A stretch of DNA of 64,000 nucleotides from Thermodesulfobacteriota bacterium (GCA_965216785.1 OZ244197.1:320001-384000); one strand, 5' to 3'; counted from the stretch's first letter, positions 20,077 through 29,170 are shown. Notes: generated from the sequence alone by a model not told the origin. Made by a program: numbers and translations.

Positions 20077-20346
20077 TTACTGCTTGGTAAGCTTATGGGG
20101 ATTACGGTACGGGCATGAGCGGTCGCTGCACCTGTCGGGGATTATTTTCGTACCTTTCTACCATTAGTGAGCCGTGCAGTACTCACTGTTAGGCCTTGAG
20201 TCTACCCAGAAATTACATTCTTTTTCCCTGCACTTGTATACAGGGCCGAAGCGGCCCCTTACGGGATTTAATTCTCCCCATTTGCAATCAGGACATGTAA
20301 CCCCGGTTGGAGTCAGCTCTGTGAATTTACAATCTTCTTGTGCCAT
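20077..20346 (-). pseudogene. Disrupted topoisomerase-type C4 zinc-finger protein
   Basis: CPDC...GRFG..YKC...C finger; in-frame TAA and TAG, then the same frame resumes KGTKIIPDRCSDRSCPYRNPHKLTKQ*; the bridging segment reads GSLMVE in a shifted frame. Confidence 0.6.
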
Positions 20347-20434
20347 TATCGAGACCGTCTCATAACATGATTTATCTTACTTATTGTATTATAGATGCGG
20401 CGGCACAAAATTGGTTTCGCATACTTGTCTGCAA

Positions 20435-21235
20435 CTACCAGCTTAGAGTGAACATCAACCCTGAAGACTGTCCGTCGGTAAAAGGCAAAACGGTAAATCT
20501 GTTTCCCTTTTTATTTTTGTGCACCTTGGCTACTCCCCTTCCGATGGCCGTGCCGAGCGCCGCGCCGAACAGTACGTCGGATAGAAAATGTTTGTTATCG
20601 GAGATTCGGGACAGCCCTACAAACCCGGCAAAAGCGTAGAGCGGGATACCGATTTTATGACCGTACATTGAATCTACGGTAGCGGCGAGAGCAAAGCTGC
20701 CTGATGTGTGACCCGAAGGAAACGACGAGGTAAAACGCGTGCCGCTGCCGTCAGGTCTCTCTCTACCTACTGTAAGCTTGAGCACACTTGTGCTGAAGGC
20801 TGTTAAAATATTCGCCTCAAAAAGAGCCTTTGCCGTCTCTATAAGTTTCTCATCGCCAGAGCTGGAACCTATTAAAAATAAAGCAGTATTGATACCGGCG
20901 AGTGTGAGTGCGTTTCCGCCTATATCACCGATATCACCGAATTTACCTAAAGAGTTATTCAGACTATCCTGGATTTCTCGGTCGGCATCTGTTTGGGAAA
21001 GCAGTAGAGACGCCCCCGTAGCAGTGCCTAAAATAGCGAGGTTCCAGCCCCTAAATGTATTACTCGCGCCGAGAAGTAGGTTTTTAGGAAGGGTCTGGGT
21101 TAAGTAAGTCTTATAATTTTCTTCTCCCGATTCTCCGTACTCAAGCTCCTCCGCTGAAGAACCCGGCAAGAGTAGAAAGATATATAGAGAAATTGCGATT
21201 AATAGCTTTACAATAAAATGCAGTGCTGTCTGCAC
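20435..21235 (-). CDS. PAP2 family phosphatase with N-terminal signal (start probably GTG 21235 or later)
   Basis: C1 KLTVGRERP, C2 SFPSGH, C3 SRISDNKHFLSD all intact; the ORF-track start at 21295 lies upstream of the predicted -10. Confidence 0.85.
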   Translation of the reverse strand: MQTALHFIVKLLIAISLYIFLLLPGSSAEELEYGESGEENYKTYLTQTLPKNLLLGASNTFRGWNLAILGTATGASLLLSQTDADREIQDSLNNSLGKFGDIGDIGGNALTLAGINTALFLIGSSSGDEKLIETAKALFEANILTAFSTSVLKLTVGRERPDGSGTRFTSSFPSGHTSGSFALAATVDSMYGHKIGIPLYAFAGFVGLSRISDNKHFLSDVLFGAALGTAIGRGVAKVHKNKKGNRFTVLPFTDGQSSGLMFTLSW

Positions 21236-21270
21236 TATATGATCTATAGTAGCCGCCCCCCTAGAGAACC

Positions 21271-21324
21271 AGAGTAAAGAGCCACTATTACACAATCATT
21301 ACGTGAAAATTACATTACTGTAAT
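21271..21324 (-). promoter_or_regulatory. Response-regulator operator/promoter, copy A (PAP2 gene)
   Basis: Minus strand ATTACA-GTAA-T-GTAAT-TTTCAC-GTAAT-GATTGT-GTAAT-10 bp-TACTCT. Confidence 0.7.
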
Positions 21325-21495
21325 ATTCAGGATATTTACCGTTAAATGATAGAATGAGGAATTATAATATAGTAGAATCATAATATATTAGGGTTAAGTA
21401 TCTTACTCCTATGCGTAAGTAATGACGGTAACTTAAGATTACTTTTTACAGCTGTAATTGAGATTCAACGATGGCGATGGGCTAGAGCGGGCTAA

Positions 21496-22785
21496 ATGAT
21501 GAAAATCAACTATAAGGTGCTTTCTATCATGACAGTCTTTATATTTTTACTCTTGCTTCCTACCGAATCCTACGGACAGGCGCGCAAAGCCCGTTCGGAA
21601 GGCTTTGACCCAAACGAACCCCCGGAGACAAGGTTTAAAATTGCCCCCTACCTTACGTTCGGAGCTCAGATTGAGGTTGAGTATAAGCTCGACAGGAACG
21701 TGGACCTGGACGGCTCTACAGATGAAGACCTTTCCACAATAGAGCCTGAAGTGAATCTTGCTTTCTCCTTTGATCCGTTCAGCTTCCTTCAGGTGTTCGC
21801 GAACTTTAAGCTCGGCTTGGAATTTGAGATAGAGGACGGCCGGAAACAAAAAGACCGCTCGGTGTTTGAAGTCGAGGAAGCCTATCTTTTTCTAAAAGAT
21901 TTATTTGATGACAGGTTTTCACTTCAAATCGGACGTCAGCAGTTTGATGACGAAAGACAGTGGCTTTATGACGCAGAGCTTGACGGGGTTAGAGCTTTTA
22001 TTTTGACTTATGGCGTTGTTACCCAGCTTTCCGTGAGCCGGGGCGGTCTCGTAAATAGGGATCTTTTGAGAGAGAGCGCCGGTGACAAGATAAATAACTA
22101 TATTGCTTATTCGACTTATTTCTTTAACGAGGATACAAACGTGGCGGCATACTTTGTGGCCCGTGATGATACCACGGGTGAGAACGACAGCCCTATATTT
22201 ATCGGGATTCACTCTGACGGAGAGGCTACTGACAGTCTGGATTACTGGATAGAGCTTGCCTATGTGACAGGGGAGGAAGGTACGAATAATTTAAGTGGGT
22301 TCGGGTTTGATATAGGTACGGTTTACGCTTTTGACACCTTGCTCGAGCCCTCAATTACGCTCGGATACGCGTTTGGGACCGAGGAATTCCGTCAGACGGG
22401 GCTTCAGAGTAACGAAGGGGATTTTAATGGTGTGGTTGATTTCCTTTATTACGGAGAGCTGTTTGACCCGGAGCTTAGCAATCTTTCTATATTGACAGGG
22501 GATGTAGGAATTCTTCCTACTGAGGAAACCTCTATTGACCTCGTATATCACTACTACTTTCAGACTGAGGCTTCGGATGAAATTAGGGAATCAACACTTG
22601 AAGCCGAGCCTGACGGAGTGAACAAGAGTCTTGGGAGCGAGATCGATCTGATACTCGGGTTCGAGCAGAAAAGTGAAAAAATCGCGGCTGCTTTATCTTT
22701 TGGATTCTTCTTTCCAGGAAGCGCTTTCCCTAATGACGCTGTGAACGCTTTTTCAACAAAACTTATTCTGTCGTATGAATTCTAG
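21496..22785 (+). CDS. Outer-membrane beta-barrel, alginate export (AlgE)-like porin
   Basis: Signal peptide, amphipathic strands, LQIGRQQFDDERQWLYDAELDGV, YGELFDPELSN, LGSEIDL, C-terminal YEF. Confidence 0.8.
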   Translation: MMKINYKVLSIMTVFIFLLLLPTESYGQARKARSEGFDPNEPPETRFKIAPYLTFGAQIEVEYKLDRNVDLDGSTDEDLSTIEPEVNLAFSFDPFSFLQVFANFKLGLEFEIEDGRKQKDRSVFEVEEAYLFLKDLFDDRFSLQIGRQQFDDERQWLYDAELDGVRAFILTYGVVTQLSVSRGGLVNRDLLRESAGDKINNYIAYSTYFFNEDTNVAAYFVARDDTTGENDSPIFIGIHSDGEATDSLDYWIELAYVTGEEGTNNLSGFGFDIGTVYAFDTLLEPSITLGYAFGTEEFRQTGLQSNEGDFNGVVDFLYYGELFDPELSNLSILTGDVGILPTEETSIDLVYHYYFQTEASDEIRESTLEAEPDGVNKSLGSEIDLILGFEQKSEKIAAALSFGFFFPGSAFPNDAVNAFSTKLILSYEF

Positions 22786-22842
22786 CGAAATAAGTTTAAG
22801 TAGGCTTGCGTATGAATAAAAAATGTGTAAGAAGGTTAAATT

Positions 22843-23517
22843 ATGCGGGTATTGGTTATAGAGGACGATAAAAAGATAGCCTCCTTTATTAATAAGGGCT
22901 TAAAACAGGCGGGATTTGCGGTAGACCACGCCGAAGATGGAGAGGAGGGTCTGAGCCTGGCGCTTCATGAGTCATACGACGCAGCAGTTGTAGACATCAT
23001 GCTTCCTAAGCTAGACGGGCTGAGCGTTATAGAAGAGCTGAGGAGAAGCAAGGTCAATACCCCCGTAATAATACTCAGCGCAAAACGCTCGGTGGACGAT
23101 AGGATCAGGGGGCTTGAAAGCGGGAGCGATGACTATCTTACAAAGCCGTTTTCGTTCTCAGAGCTTCTGGCACGCATATACGCACTTATCAGACGGGCGA
23201 GCGGGGCGGCTGAATCGACACGACTGAGCGTCGGCAGCCTTACGATGGACATACTCAACCGCGAAGTCATAAGAGATGATAAGAATATAAATCTGCAGCC
23301 GCGGGAATTCACCCTTCTCGAATACTTTATGCGGAGCGCCGGGCGGGTGCTTTCGAAGACCCTCATAATGGAGCACGTATATGATTATAACTTCGACCCG
23401 CAGACCAATGTCGTGGACGTGCTAGTTTGCAGGCTCCGTAACAAAGTGGACAAAGGATTTGAAAAGAAGATGATCCATACCATAAGAGGTGTTGGCTATG
23501 TTCTTAAAGAACCCTAA
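22843..23517 (+). CDS. OmpR-family response regulator (CusR/CzcR-like)
   Basis: IEDD, DIMLP, GSDDYLTKPF, wHTH TNVVDVLVCRLRNKVD, TIRGVGY. Confidence 0.95.
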   Translation: MRVLVIEDDKKIASFINKGLKQAGFAVDHAEDGEEGLSLALHESYDAAVVDIMLPKLDGLSVIEELRRSKVNTPVIILSAKRSVDDRIRGLESGSDDYLTKPFSFSELLARIYALIRRASGAAESTRLSVGSLTMDILNREVIRDDKNINLQPREFTLLEYFMRSAGRVLSKTLIMEHVYDYNFDPQTNVVDVLVCRLRNKVDKGFEKKMIHTIRGVGYVLKEP

Positions 23518-24883
23518 ACTGCTCTTTAAATCAAACAGCTTCAGGATGATAACGTGGTACACGGTGTTCTTTGTCCTGAGCTCCCTTATTGTAAACATCT
23601 ACGCATACTCGGTGATATCTAAATTTATATATGAGCAGAGTAGAGAGGAAGTAGGGGAGGATATAGAGGAGCTAAGGGATATATATCTGGAAAGCGGCAC
23701 TGAGGCGCTTCATACAGAAGTGTTTGAAGACGCGAACGACCCTTTCATAGTACGAATGGTCACAAAACAAGGGGATACGGCGCTGCTGAGAATCCCGCAA
23801 GATTGGGAGGGCGTTAACCTTGCGCAAATGGATCAAACACTTTACTCCCAGTATACACAGTGGGCATATCTTACAGAAAGCGGGATGGAGGAGCGGATTG
23901 AGTTTGCGACTCTAGGAGTATCGGATGGCTCGATATTACAGATCGGACAAGAAATTGACGCAAGAGAAGACCTCTTGAGCCGTATACGCCGGGTATACCT
24001 CTTTTCTCTGATTCCTATCCTGGTCCTTGGCTATTTAGGCGGGCTGTTCGTAGCCGACCGTGCTCTTAACCCTGTCAGACAGCTCATATCTACGCTCAAT
24101 TCCATAGTGGAAAGCGGGAAAATGAACGTCAGGGTACCAGTGCCTGAGACCGATGAACTGTACAGAGAGCTGATATCGCTCTTTAACACTATGCTCAGTA
24201 AAATAGAGACCTTGGTTAACGGAATGAGGGGAGTGCTGGATAATGTTGCGCACGATTTGAGGACGCCGATGACAAGATTTAGAGGCACTGCCGAGGTAGC
24301 GCTCGCGTCAGAGCAAAATGGGGAGACGCTACGCGAGGCCCTGGTTGATTGCGTTGAGGAATCTGAGCGAATCTTAATAATGCTGAATACTCTGATGGAC
24401 GTCTCGGAAGCGGAGACGGGAGCCATGAAGCTTAACCCAGAAAAGATGAACGTGACTCCGCTTATTGAAGACATAGTAGACCTCTACGACTATGTTGCTG
24501 AGGAAAAAGGCGTTACTGTCAAAACCGGCTTCCCGGAAGAGATTTATCTCACAGCCGACCGTAACCGTTTGCGCCAGGTGCTGGCAAACCTGCTTGATAA
24601 CGCCATTAAGTACACACCTGCCGGAGGGAGAGTAGACGTCGAAGCCAGCCGGGAAGACAAAGAAGTAAAAATCACGATAAAAGACACCGGGGTCGGCATA
24701 TCCGACAAAGAGCTCGACAACATTTGGGACAGGCTTTACCGGGGCGATAAAAGCAGGACTCAAAGAGGGCTCGGCCTCGGGCTTAGCCTGGTCAAAGCTA
24801 TCGTCGGGGCTCACAGGGGATACGTCGAGGTCCTGAGCAAGCCCGGCTCGGGCTCGGTATTTTCAGTACACTTGCCTGCGTAA
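23498..24883 (+). CDS. HAMP-domain sensor histidine kinase (start ATG 23498)
   Basis: Two TM helices, HAMP, H-box VAHDLRTP, NLLDNAIKY, DTGVGI, GLGLGL; overlaps the end of the regulator gene. Confidence 0.95.
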   Translation: MFLKNPKLLFKSNSFRMITWYTVFFVLSSLIVNIYAYSVISKFIYEQSREEVGEDIEELRDIYLESGTEALHTEVFEDANDPFIVRMVTKQGDTALLRIPQDWEGVNLAQMDQTLYSQYTQWAYLTESGMEERIEFATLGVSDGSILQIGQEIDAREDLLSRIRRVYLFSLIPILVLGYLGGLFVADRALNPVRQLISTLNSIVESGKMNVRVPVPETDELYRELISLFNTMLSKIETLVNGMRGVLDNVAHDLRTPMTRFRGTAEVALASEQNGETLREALVDCVEESERILIMLNTLMDVSEAETGAMKLNPEKMNVTPLIEDIVDLYDYVAEEKGVTVKTGFPEEIYLTADRNRLRQVLANLLDNAIKYTPAGGRVDVEASREDKEVKITIKDTGVGISDKELDNIWDRLYRGDKSRTQRGLGLGLSLVKAIVGAHRGYVEVLSKPGSGSVFSVHLPA

Positions 24884-24924
24884 AGTAGCCTTTCAGATTG
24901 TTTCTACTATCTCCACCCTGAATT

Positions 24925-24978
24925 ATTTCAAAACCGTAATGTTAGGGAAATATTCCCGTAATCCTCTCCTGATAGTCT
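24925..24978 (+). promoter_or_regulatory. Response-regulator operator/promoter, copy B
   Basis: ATTTCA-AAAC-C-GTAAT-GTTAGG-GAAAT-ATTCCC-GTAAT-10 bp-TAGTCT (with TG extension). Confidence 0.7.
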
Positions 24979-25008
24979 GTATGTAAAATCTAAATCAGGA
25001 GGTGTTTT

Positions 25009-25815
25009 ATGAGACGTATAAAGGCGTTTGGGTTTATTTCCGACGGTTTTAGAATGCGGGGGCGTATCGGGTTATTTGCTCTACTTTTGGCGGCGGTATT
25101 CGTCATGGGTCTCTCAGGAACCGCTGAGGCATTTGAAGACGCCGAGGTTAGGATCGAGACAAATTCCACCGATGGAGACTCCGGACTTCAGCTCTTTTTT
25201 GACGGAGAGCCATGGAAGAGAACCATAGTCAGGGGACCTGACGGGCGTATCGTATTTTGGGTTACCAACCTAGGGAAGCTGAGGAGATTCGGCACTACCG
25301 AGAATTTTATGGAGAGTAACGAGCCTAACTACGAGGAAGAAATGACCCTGCCCGAGATCCTCGAGTTTTTACCCGCGGGTGAATATAAGTTCCACGGTAG
25401 AACTGTCGACAACGAAAAACTATTTGCTACAGCGACATTAACTCATGACTTACCGTGCGGACCCGTAGTTACCTCGCCTGTATCACCGGATCCGGAAGAA
25501 GACCCTGAGCTGGACCCGAGCATGCCGGTAATTTCGTGGGAGGCGGTAGTGAACAAGATCGATACGGAATCTGATTTCGGGGAGTGCGATGAAGCAGACT
25601 TTGATATTACTGTCACCGGTTACGAGGTCGTGGTAGAAAATGAGAGCACAGACCCCACGGAAACGTTCACTATAAAACTTCCGGCGGGAGTGCTTCAGGT
25701 AACGCTTCCTCCGGAATTTGTTATCCCCGGCGATGATTATAAATTCGAAATACTCGCGATCGAGGAAAGCGGGAATCAGACAATAACTGAAAGTAACTTT
25801 ACGGCTATTGAATAG
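25009..25815 (+). CDS. Secreted acidic hypothetical protein, C-terminal FN3-like beta sandwich
   Basis: Strong RBS AGGAGGT, signal peptide ending AEA, ISWEAV...GYEVVVE...YKFEILAIEESGNQT pattern. Confidence 0.8.
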   Translation: MRRIKAFGFISDGFRMRGRIGLFALLLAAVFVMGLSGTAEAFEDAEVRIETNSTDGDSGLQLFFDGEPWKRTIVRGPDGRIVFWVTNLGKLRRFGTTENFMESNEPNYEEEMTLPEILEFLPAGEYKFHGRTVDNEKLFATATLTHDLPCGPVVTSPVSPDPEEDPELDPSMPVISWEAVVNKIDTESDFGECDEADFDITVTGYEVVVENESTDPTETFTIKLPAGVLQVTLPPEFVIPGDDYKFEILAIEESGNQTITESNFTAIE

Positions 25816-25844
25816 CCAATAAATTGAATAGCCCCTTTAAGGGT

Positions 25845-25904
25845 AAAGGGACCTCTCTTAACAGTATTGTTGCTGGAAGGGCAGCGGAGGGAGAGGTCCC
25901 CTTT
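25845..25904 (+). terminator. Hairpin / possible terminator or structured RNA after the 25009 gene
   Basis: GGGACCTCTC (25848-25857) pairs with GAGAGGTCCC (25891-25900), with an inner GTTGCT/GGCAGC stem. Confidence 0.5.
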
Positions 25905-25976
25905 CATATTGATTGCCAGCCCTAATATCTAAATGCTTTTAAACACAGCCCACCTTCTCTCTCATTATATATTTAC

Positions 25977-26010
25977 CACCCCGGCCACACCTTCCCCATC
26001 GGCCGGGGTG
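25977..26010. repeat. Perfect 10-bp GC-rich inverted repeat
   Basis: CACCCCGGCC-14 nt-GGCCGGGGTG. Confidence 0.7.
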
Positions 26011-26056
26011 TATCCCCGAGAAAGAGGTTTGGATTGCGTATGAAATGTGCAGGTTC

Positions 26057-26110
26057 CTTTCCGTTTTGTAATGATTGTGAAAGATTCGCGTAATTCTAGT
26101 TTGCTATTCT
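26057..26110 (+). promoter_or_regulatory. Response-regulator operator/promoter, copy C
   Basis: CTTTCC-GTTT-T-GTAAT-GATTGT-GAAAG-ATTCGC-GTAAT-10 bp-TATTCT (with TG extension). Confidence 0.7.
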
Positions 26111-26145
26111 GCAATTAAATTCAAGTTTACAGAGGAGGTATTAGT

Positions 26146-26871
26146 ATGAAGCGTTTAATTAGCCTAACGGCTTTATTGGTAACTATATCTATTCTGTCCA
26201 TTGGCGGCTGCAGCAGCAGCGGGGGCGGGGGAGGTAACAACGGGGGATGTCCTGAAACAAACACGAGTATAGCTGTCTGTGACCCGGAGACCGGAGTGTT
26301 CTCATTAACCATAGATAACGGTTTCTTCCCCCTGGTCGTGGGCGATGAGCTGGTGCTCGAAGGCGAGGACGATGAAGGCACTTTCATTGAGATTATTATT
26401 ACAGTTCTTGATGAGACGGAAGTAGTTGCCGGGGTAACCACAAGGGTTGTGGAGGAAGCAGAATTCGAGGATGGAGAAATGGTCGAGGTCTCAAGGAATT
26501 TCTTCGCTCAGGCCCAGGACGGCACCGTTTGCTACTTCGGTGAAGACGTGGACGATTTTGAGGACGGGATGATAGTCGGGCACGAAGGGGCATGGCGTGC
26601 CGGAGAGGACGGGAACCTGCCGGGAATAATTATGCCGGGGAATCCACAGGTCGGCATGGTGTTTAGTCAGGAAGTAGCGCCCGGCATAGCCGAGGACCAG
26701 GCCGAGATACTGCTTTTCGGCGAGACTATTGACGTGCCTGCAGGAGAGTTCAGTGATACGCTTACCACACTTGATTGTAACCCGCAGGAGAACGGCTCTA
26801 CAGATGAAAAGGTTTACATAAGAGGAATCGGGCTTGCTATCGATGAAGATGCAGAGCTCGTATCCTTTTAG
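26146..26871 (+). CDS. Acidic lipoprotein of unknown function
   Basis: RBS AGGAGGT, lipobox IGGC followed by a Ser/Gly tether; IDNGFFPL, FAQAQDGTVCYFGEDV, GAWRAG, PGIIMP, VPAGEF. Confidence 0.82.
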   Translation: MKRLISLTALLVTISILSIGGCSSSGGGGGNNGGCPETNTSIAVCDPETGVFSLTIDNGFFPLVVGDELVLEGEDDEGTFIEIIITVLDETEVVAGVTTRVVEEAEFEDGEMVEVSRNFFAQAQDGTVCYFGEDVDDFEDGMIVGHEGAWRAGEDGNLPGIIMPGNPQVGMVFSQEVAPGIAEDQAEILLFGETIDVPAGEFSDTLTTLDCNPQENGSTDEKVYIRGIGLAIDEDAELVSF

Positions 26872-26910
26872 ATTGACTATTAAAAACAATCATCACTCTA
26901 AACCTCTTAT

Positions 26911-26950
26911 TGGGCGGTGAGAACAGGTAAATCCCTGCATTCACCGCCCA
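26911..26950. terminator. Inverted repeat between convergent genes
   Basis: TGGGCGGTGA-20 nt-TCACCGCCCA. Confidence 0.55.
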
Positions 26951-26954
26951 CTTT

Positions 26955-27383
26955 CTATTCCGCTTTATTGATCTCGGCAAGCTCGATGAGGACTCCGTTC
27001 ATCGCCTTTGGATGGATGAACGCCACCCTTGAGTTGTAGGCGCCCGGCCTGGGGGATTCGTCTATGAGTCTTACCCCCTGATCTTTAAGTCTATTCAGCA
27101 CAGCCTCGATATCGTCTACGAGATAACAGATGTGGTGGATACCCTCCCCTCTCTTATCCAGAAATTTAGATATGGGGGAGTTATCGTCTAAAGGCTCTAG
27201 AAGCTCGATTGCGGTGCCGCCTTTTTCCGGCACAAGCATGGAAGTCTTTACGCCCTGGTCTTCAACAACCTCACGGTGCTCTACTTTAAGACCCAGAGCG
27301 GTCTCGTATATTTTTTCTACCTGCTCAAGGTCTCTTACAGCTATCGCGACATGATATAGATTTTCAAGTATTCCTTTATCCAT
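26955..27383 (-). CDS. mce: Methylmalonyl-CoA epimerase
   Basis: HVAIAV, QGVK, IELLEP, GEGIHHICY, FIHPK..NGVLIEL. Confidence 0.92.
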   Translation of the reverse strand: MDKGILENLYHVAIAVRDLEQVEKIYETALGLKVEHREVVEDQGVKTSMLVPEKGGTAIELLEPLDDNSPISKFLDKRGEGIHHICYLVDDIEAVLNRLKDQGVRLIDESPRPGAYNSRVAFIHPKAMNGVLIELAEINKAE

Positions 27384-27460
27384 TATTTTATACTCCGAAG
27401 TTTAAATGATTTTTATAATGACAGGTTGAGTTATATCTTACCTGTATAAAAGAGAAAACA

Positions 27461-27883
27461 TTAAACAGACTGGGCTTTTTTGGTTCCGGACTGGATCTTT
27501 CTTTCGATCCCCCTGGCAAACCTTTCCTCATTTACGATGTACATATCGTTTGAGCCTGAGGCTATCTTTTCCGTATCGTCGTATGCGTCTATCTTAAAGT
27601 AGATCGTGCTGCCTTTGCACTTATCGATTTCAGCCCTGACCATAAGCTCTGAGCCTATTGGCACAGAGGCAAAGTGGCTTAGCTCAATCCTGGTGCTCAC
27701 TACCATCTCGCCCTTATCCAGAAAAGGGGCCATAAGATCGGCGCACGTTGTCTGCACGAATGTAATGAGAGAAGGGCTTGAAAGCACCTGTGGGGAATTT
27801 GCGTGAAAGCGTGACGCGGCCATGTCGGGCTTTGTATCGATTCTTTTTTCTATGAACATCCCGGGCTCAAATGATCGTCTCAT
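27461..27883 (-). CDS. Hotdog-fold FlK-like thioesterase family protein
   Basis: VLSSPSLI...VSTRIELSHFASVPIG...KIASG...IVNEERF aligns by eye with fluoroacetyl-CoA thioesterases. Confidence 0.75.
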   Translation of the reverse strand: MRRSFEPGMFIEKRIDTKPDMAASRFHANSPQVLSSPSLITFVQTTCADLMAPFLDKGEMVVSTRIELSHFASVPIGSELMVRAEIDKCKGSTIYFKIDAYDDTEKIASGSNDMYIVNEERFARGIERKIQSGTKKAQSV

Positions 27884-28048
27884 AAATCCTCCGCATTAAT
27901 TTATAAACCACTTTAAGTTACCCATGTAACCCACGTGCAGGACTGCTATAACCACCCTACATCCTTAAATATACCTCAGTTTCATGAGCGTGTATATCTA
28001 TAAATATGGCTGAATTATCAGATCTTAAAAATGGACTCAGCAATTGAA

Positions 28049-29170
28049 TTATTGATAGCCGGTGAGCTCGACGTAGCCGCTTCCGGATGTACCGCTGCCT
28101 GAAGCACTTACGGCTCCTTCCCAGTAGACGAACGAGAGATTAAGCTCCTGGTTGGGCTGATAGGGCACGACTGTCAGATCAATCCCATATTCCGGAATAG
28201 ACACCTGCCACTTTGAGGGATAGGTGACACCTGTTTCAGGACTCTCCCAGGTACTGAGGACTTCTATATTGAACTCCGAAGCCTCAAGAGCTATTGTCGA
28301 ACCATCTTTTTCTATCAGTGTGCCGGCGGAGTGAGTATCAATAGAGCCGTCTTTTTTTCTTAGCTGATAGAGCATAATTTCACGCCCGTCATCGAGCTGA
28401 ATGGAAAACCAGTCCCAACCCTCTAGTTTTTCACTAAGTGCGCTCGTGCTCCATTCACGGTCGAGCCAGCTGAGTCCCTGCACTTCAAACTCACTACCGT
28501 CTACTTTGATACTTCCCTCTGTTTTAATGCGTGTAACTGAGTAGTAATAAGACGCGTTACCGGGCTCACTGCTCTTTTGACTAAGACCACGGTCGCCCTG
28601 GAGAACAAGGGGCTTTAGGGACTCTAGTGTCAGATTAATTGAGAAATCAATATCGCTTGCTGTAAGCTTGATTACGTCCCTTTCTTTAGTAGAATTCCAG
28701 TCCTTGATCCATACGCGGTGGGGATCGGCCTTTGCTCCGGCAAGCCCAAGCGCCGCCCTACTCCACCTTTCAGCGCTGTAGAATTTCTTGTTCTCTATAT
28801 CGCTTACAGTGAAGTGCGCGAAATAAATCTGGTTTGCCGCCCAAGCAGATTCCCTCTCTATATTATCGGGGGTTAAAGCTCTCCTGAAAAAGGTAAGCTG
28901 GTAACCGAAGCTGCGGCCTGAGCTGTCCTCTAAATTGCCGGTGTAATACCACCATTCGGTTTGATACCCAGGGTGCGGGCCCGAATCCTCAGGGAACTTA
29001 AAATTCCTTACTTCCTGAGCCCTCTTAAAACCTGGATGTGGCTCGCCTGAGAGGGTGCTTGAAAAGTCAGTGCGACGCTCCTTTTCCGGCTCAGCCCAGG
29101 ATAGTAAGATGAATGGACCTGTAAAAAAAGAGAGAATTAAAATGAATGCGACTATGTATCGTTTTTTCAT
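28049..29170 (-). CDS. AttH / CrtC-like double lipocalin-domain secreted protein
   Basis: H..YQTEWWY, GYQLTFFR, YYYS, WLDREWS, GWDWF, YWEG, GYVELTGY. Confidence 0.9.
   Translation of the reverse strand: MKKRYIVAFILILSFFTGPFILLSWAEPEKERRTDFSSTLSGEPHPGFKRAQEVRNFKFPEDSGPHPGYQTEWWYYTGNLEDSSGRSFGYQLTFFRRALTPDNIERESAWAANQIYFAHFTVSDIENKKFYSAERWSRAALGLAGAKADPHRVWIKDWNSTKERDVIKLTASDIDFSINLTLESLKPLVLQGDRGLSQKSSEPGNASYYYSVTRIKTEGSIKVDGSEFEVQGLSWLDREWSTSALSEKLEGWDWFSIQLDDGREIMLYQLRKKDGSIDTHSAGTLIEKDGSTIALEASEFNIEVLSTWESPETGVTYPSKWQVSIPEYGIDLTVVPYQPNQELNLSFVYWEGAVSASGSGTSGSGYVELTGYQ

Noticed and set aside
20155-20166. Stop-codon readthrough (Sec/Pyl) in the zinc-finger gene
   Set aside because: The stops are TAA and TAG, and the alternative frame gives a more plausible peptide, so frameshifts explain it better
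21496-22785. Alginate biosynthesis locus
   Set aside because: Only the porin fold is present; no alg8, alg44, algK or other polysaccharide genes
18225-26871. Genomic island or mobile element call for the accessory block
   Set aside because: No integrase, transposase, tRNA or flanking direct repeats seen; composition not obviously different by eye
28049-29170. Carotenoid 1,2-hydratase (crtC)
   Set aside because: No crt genes nearby; the ABC transporter context points to the AttH type
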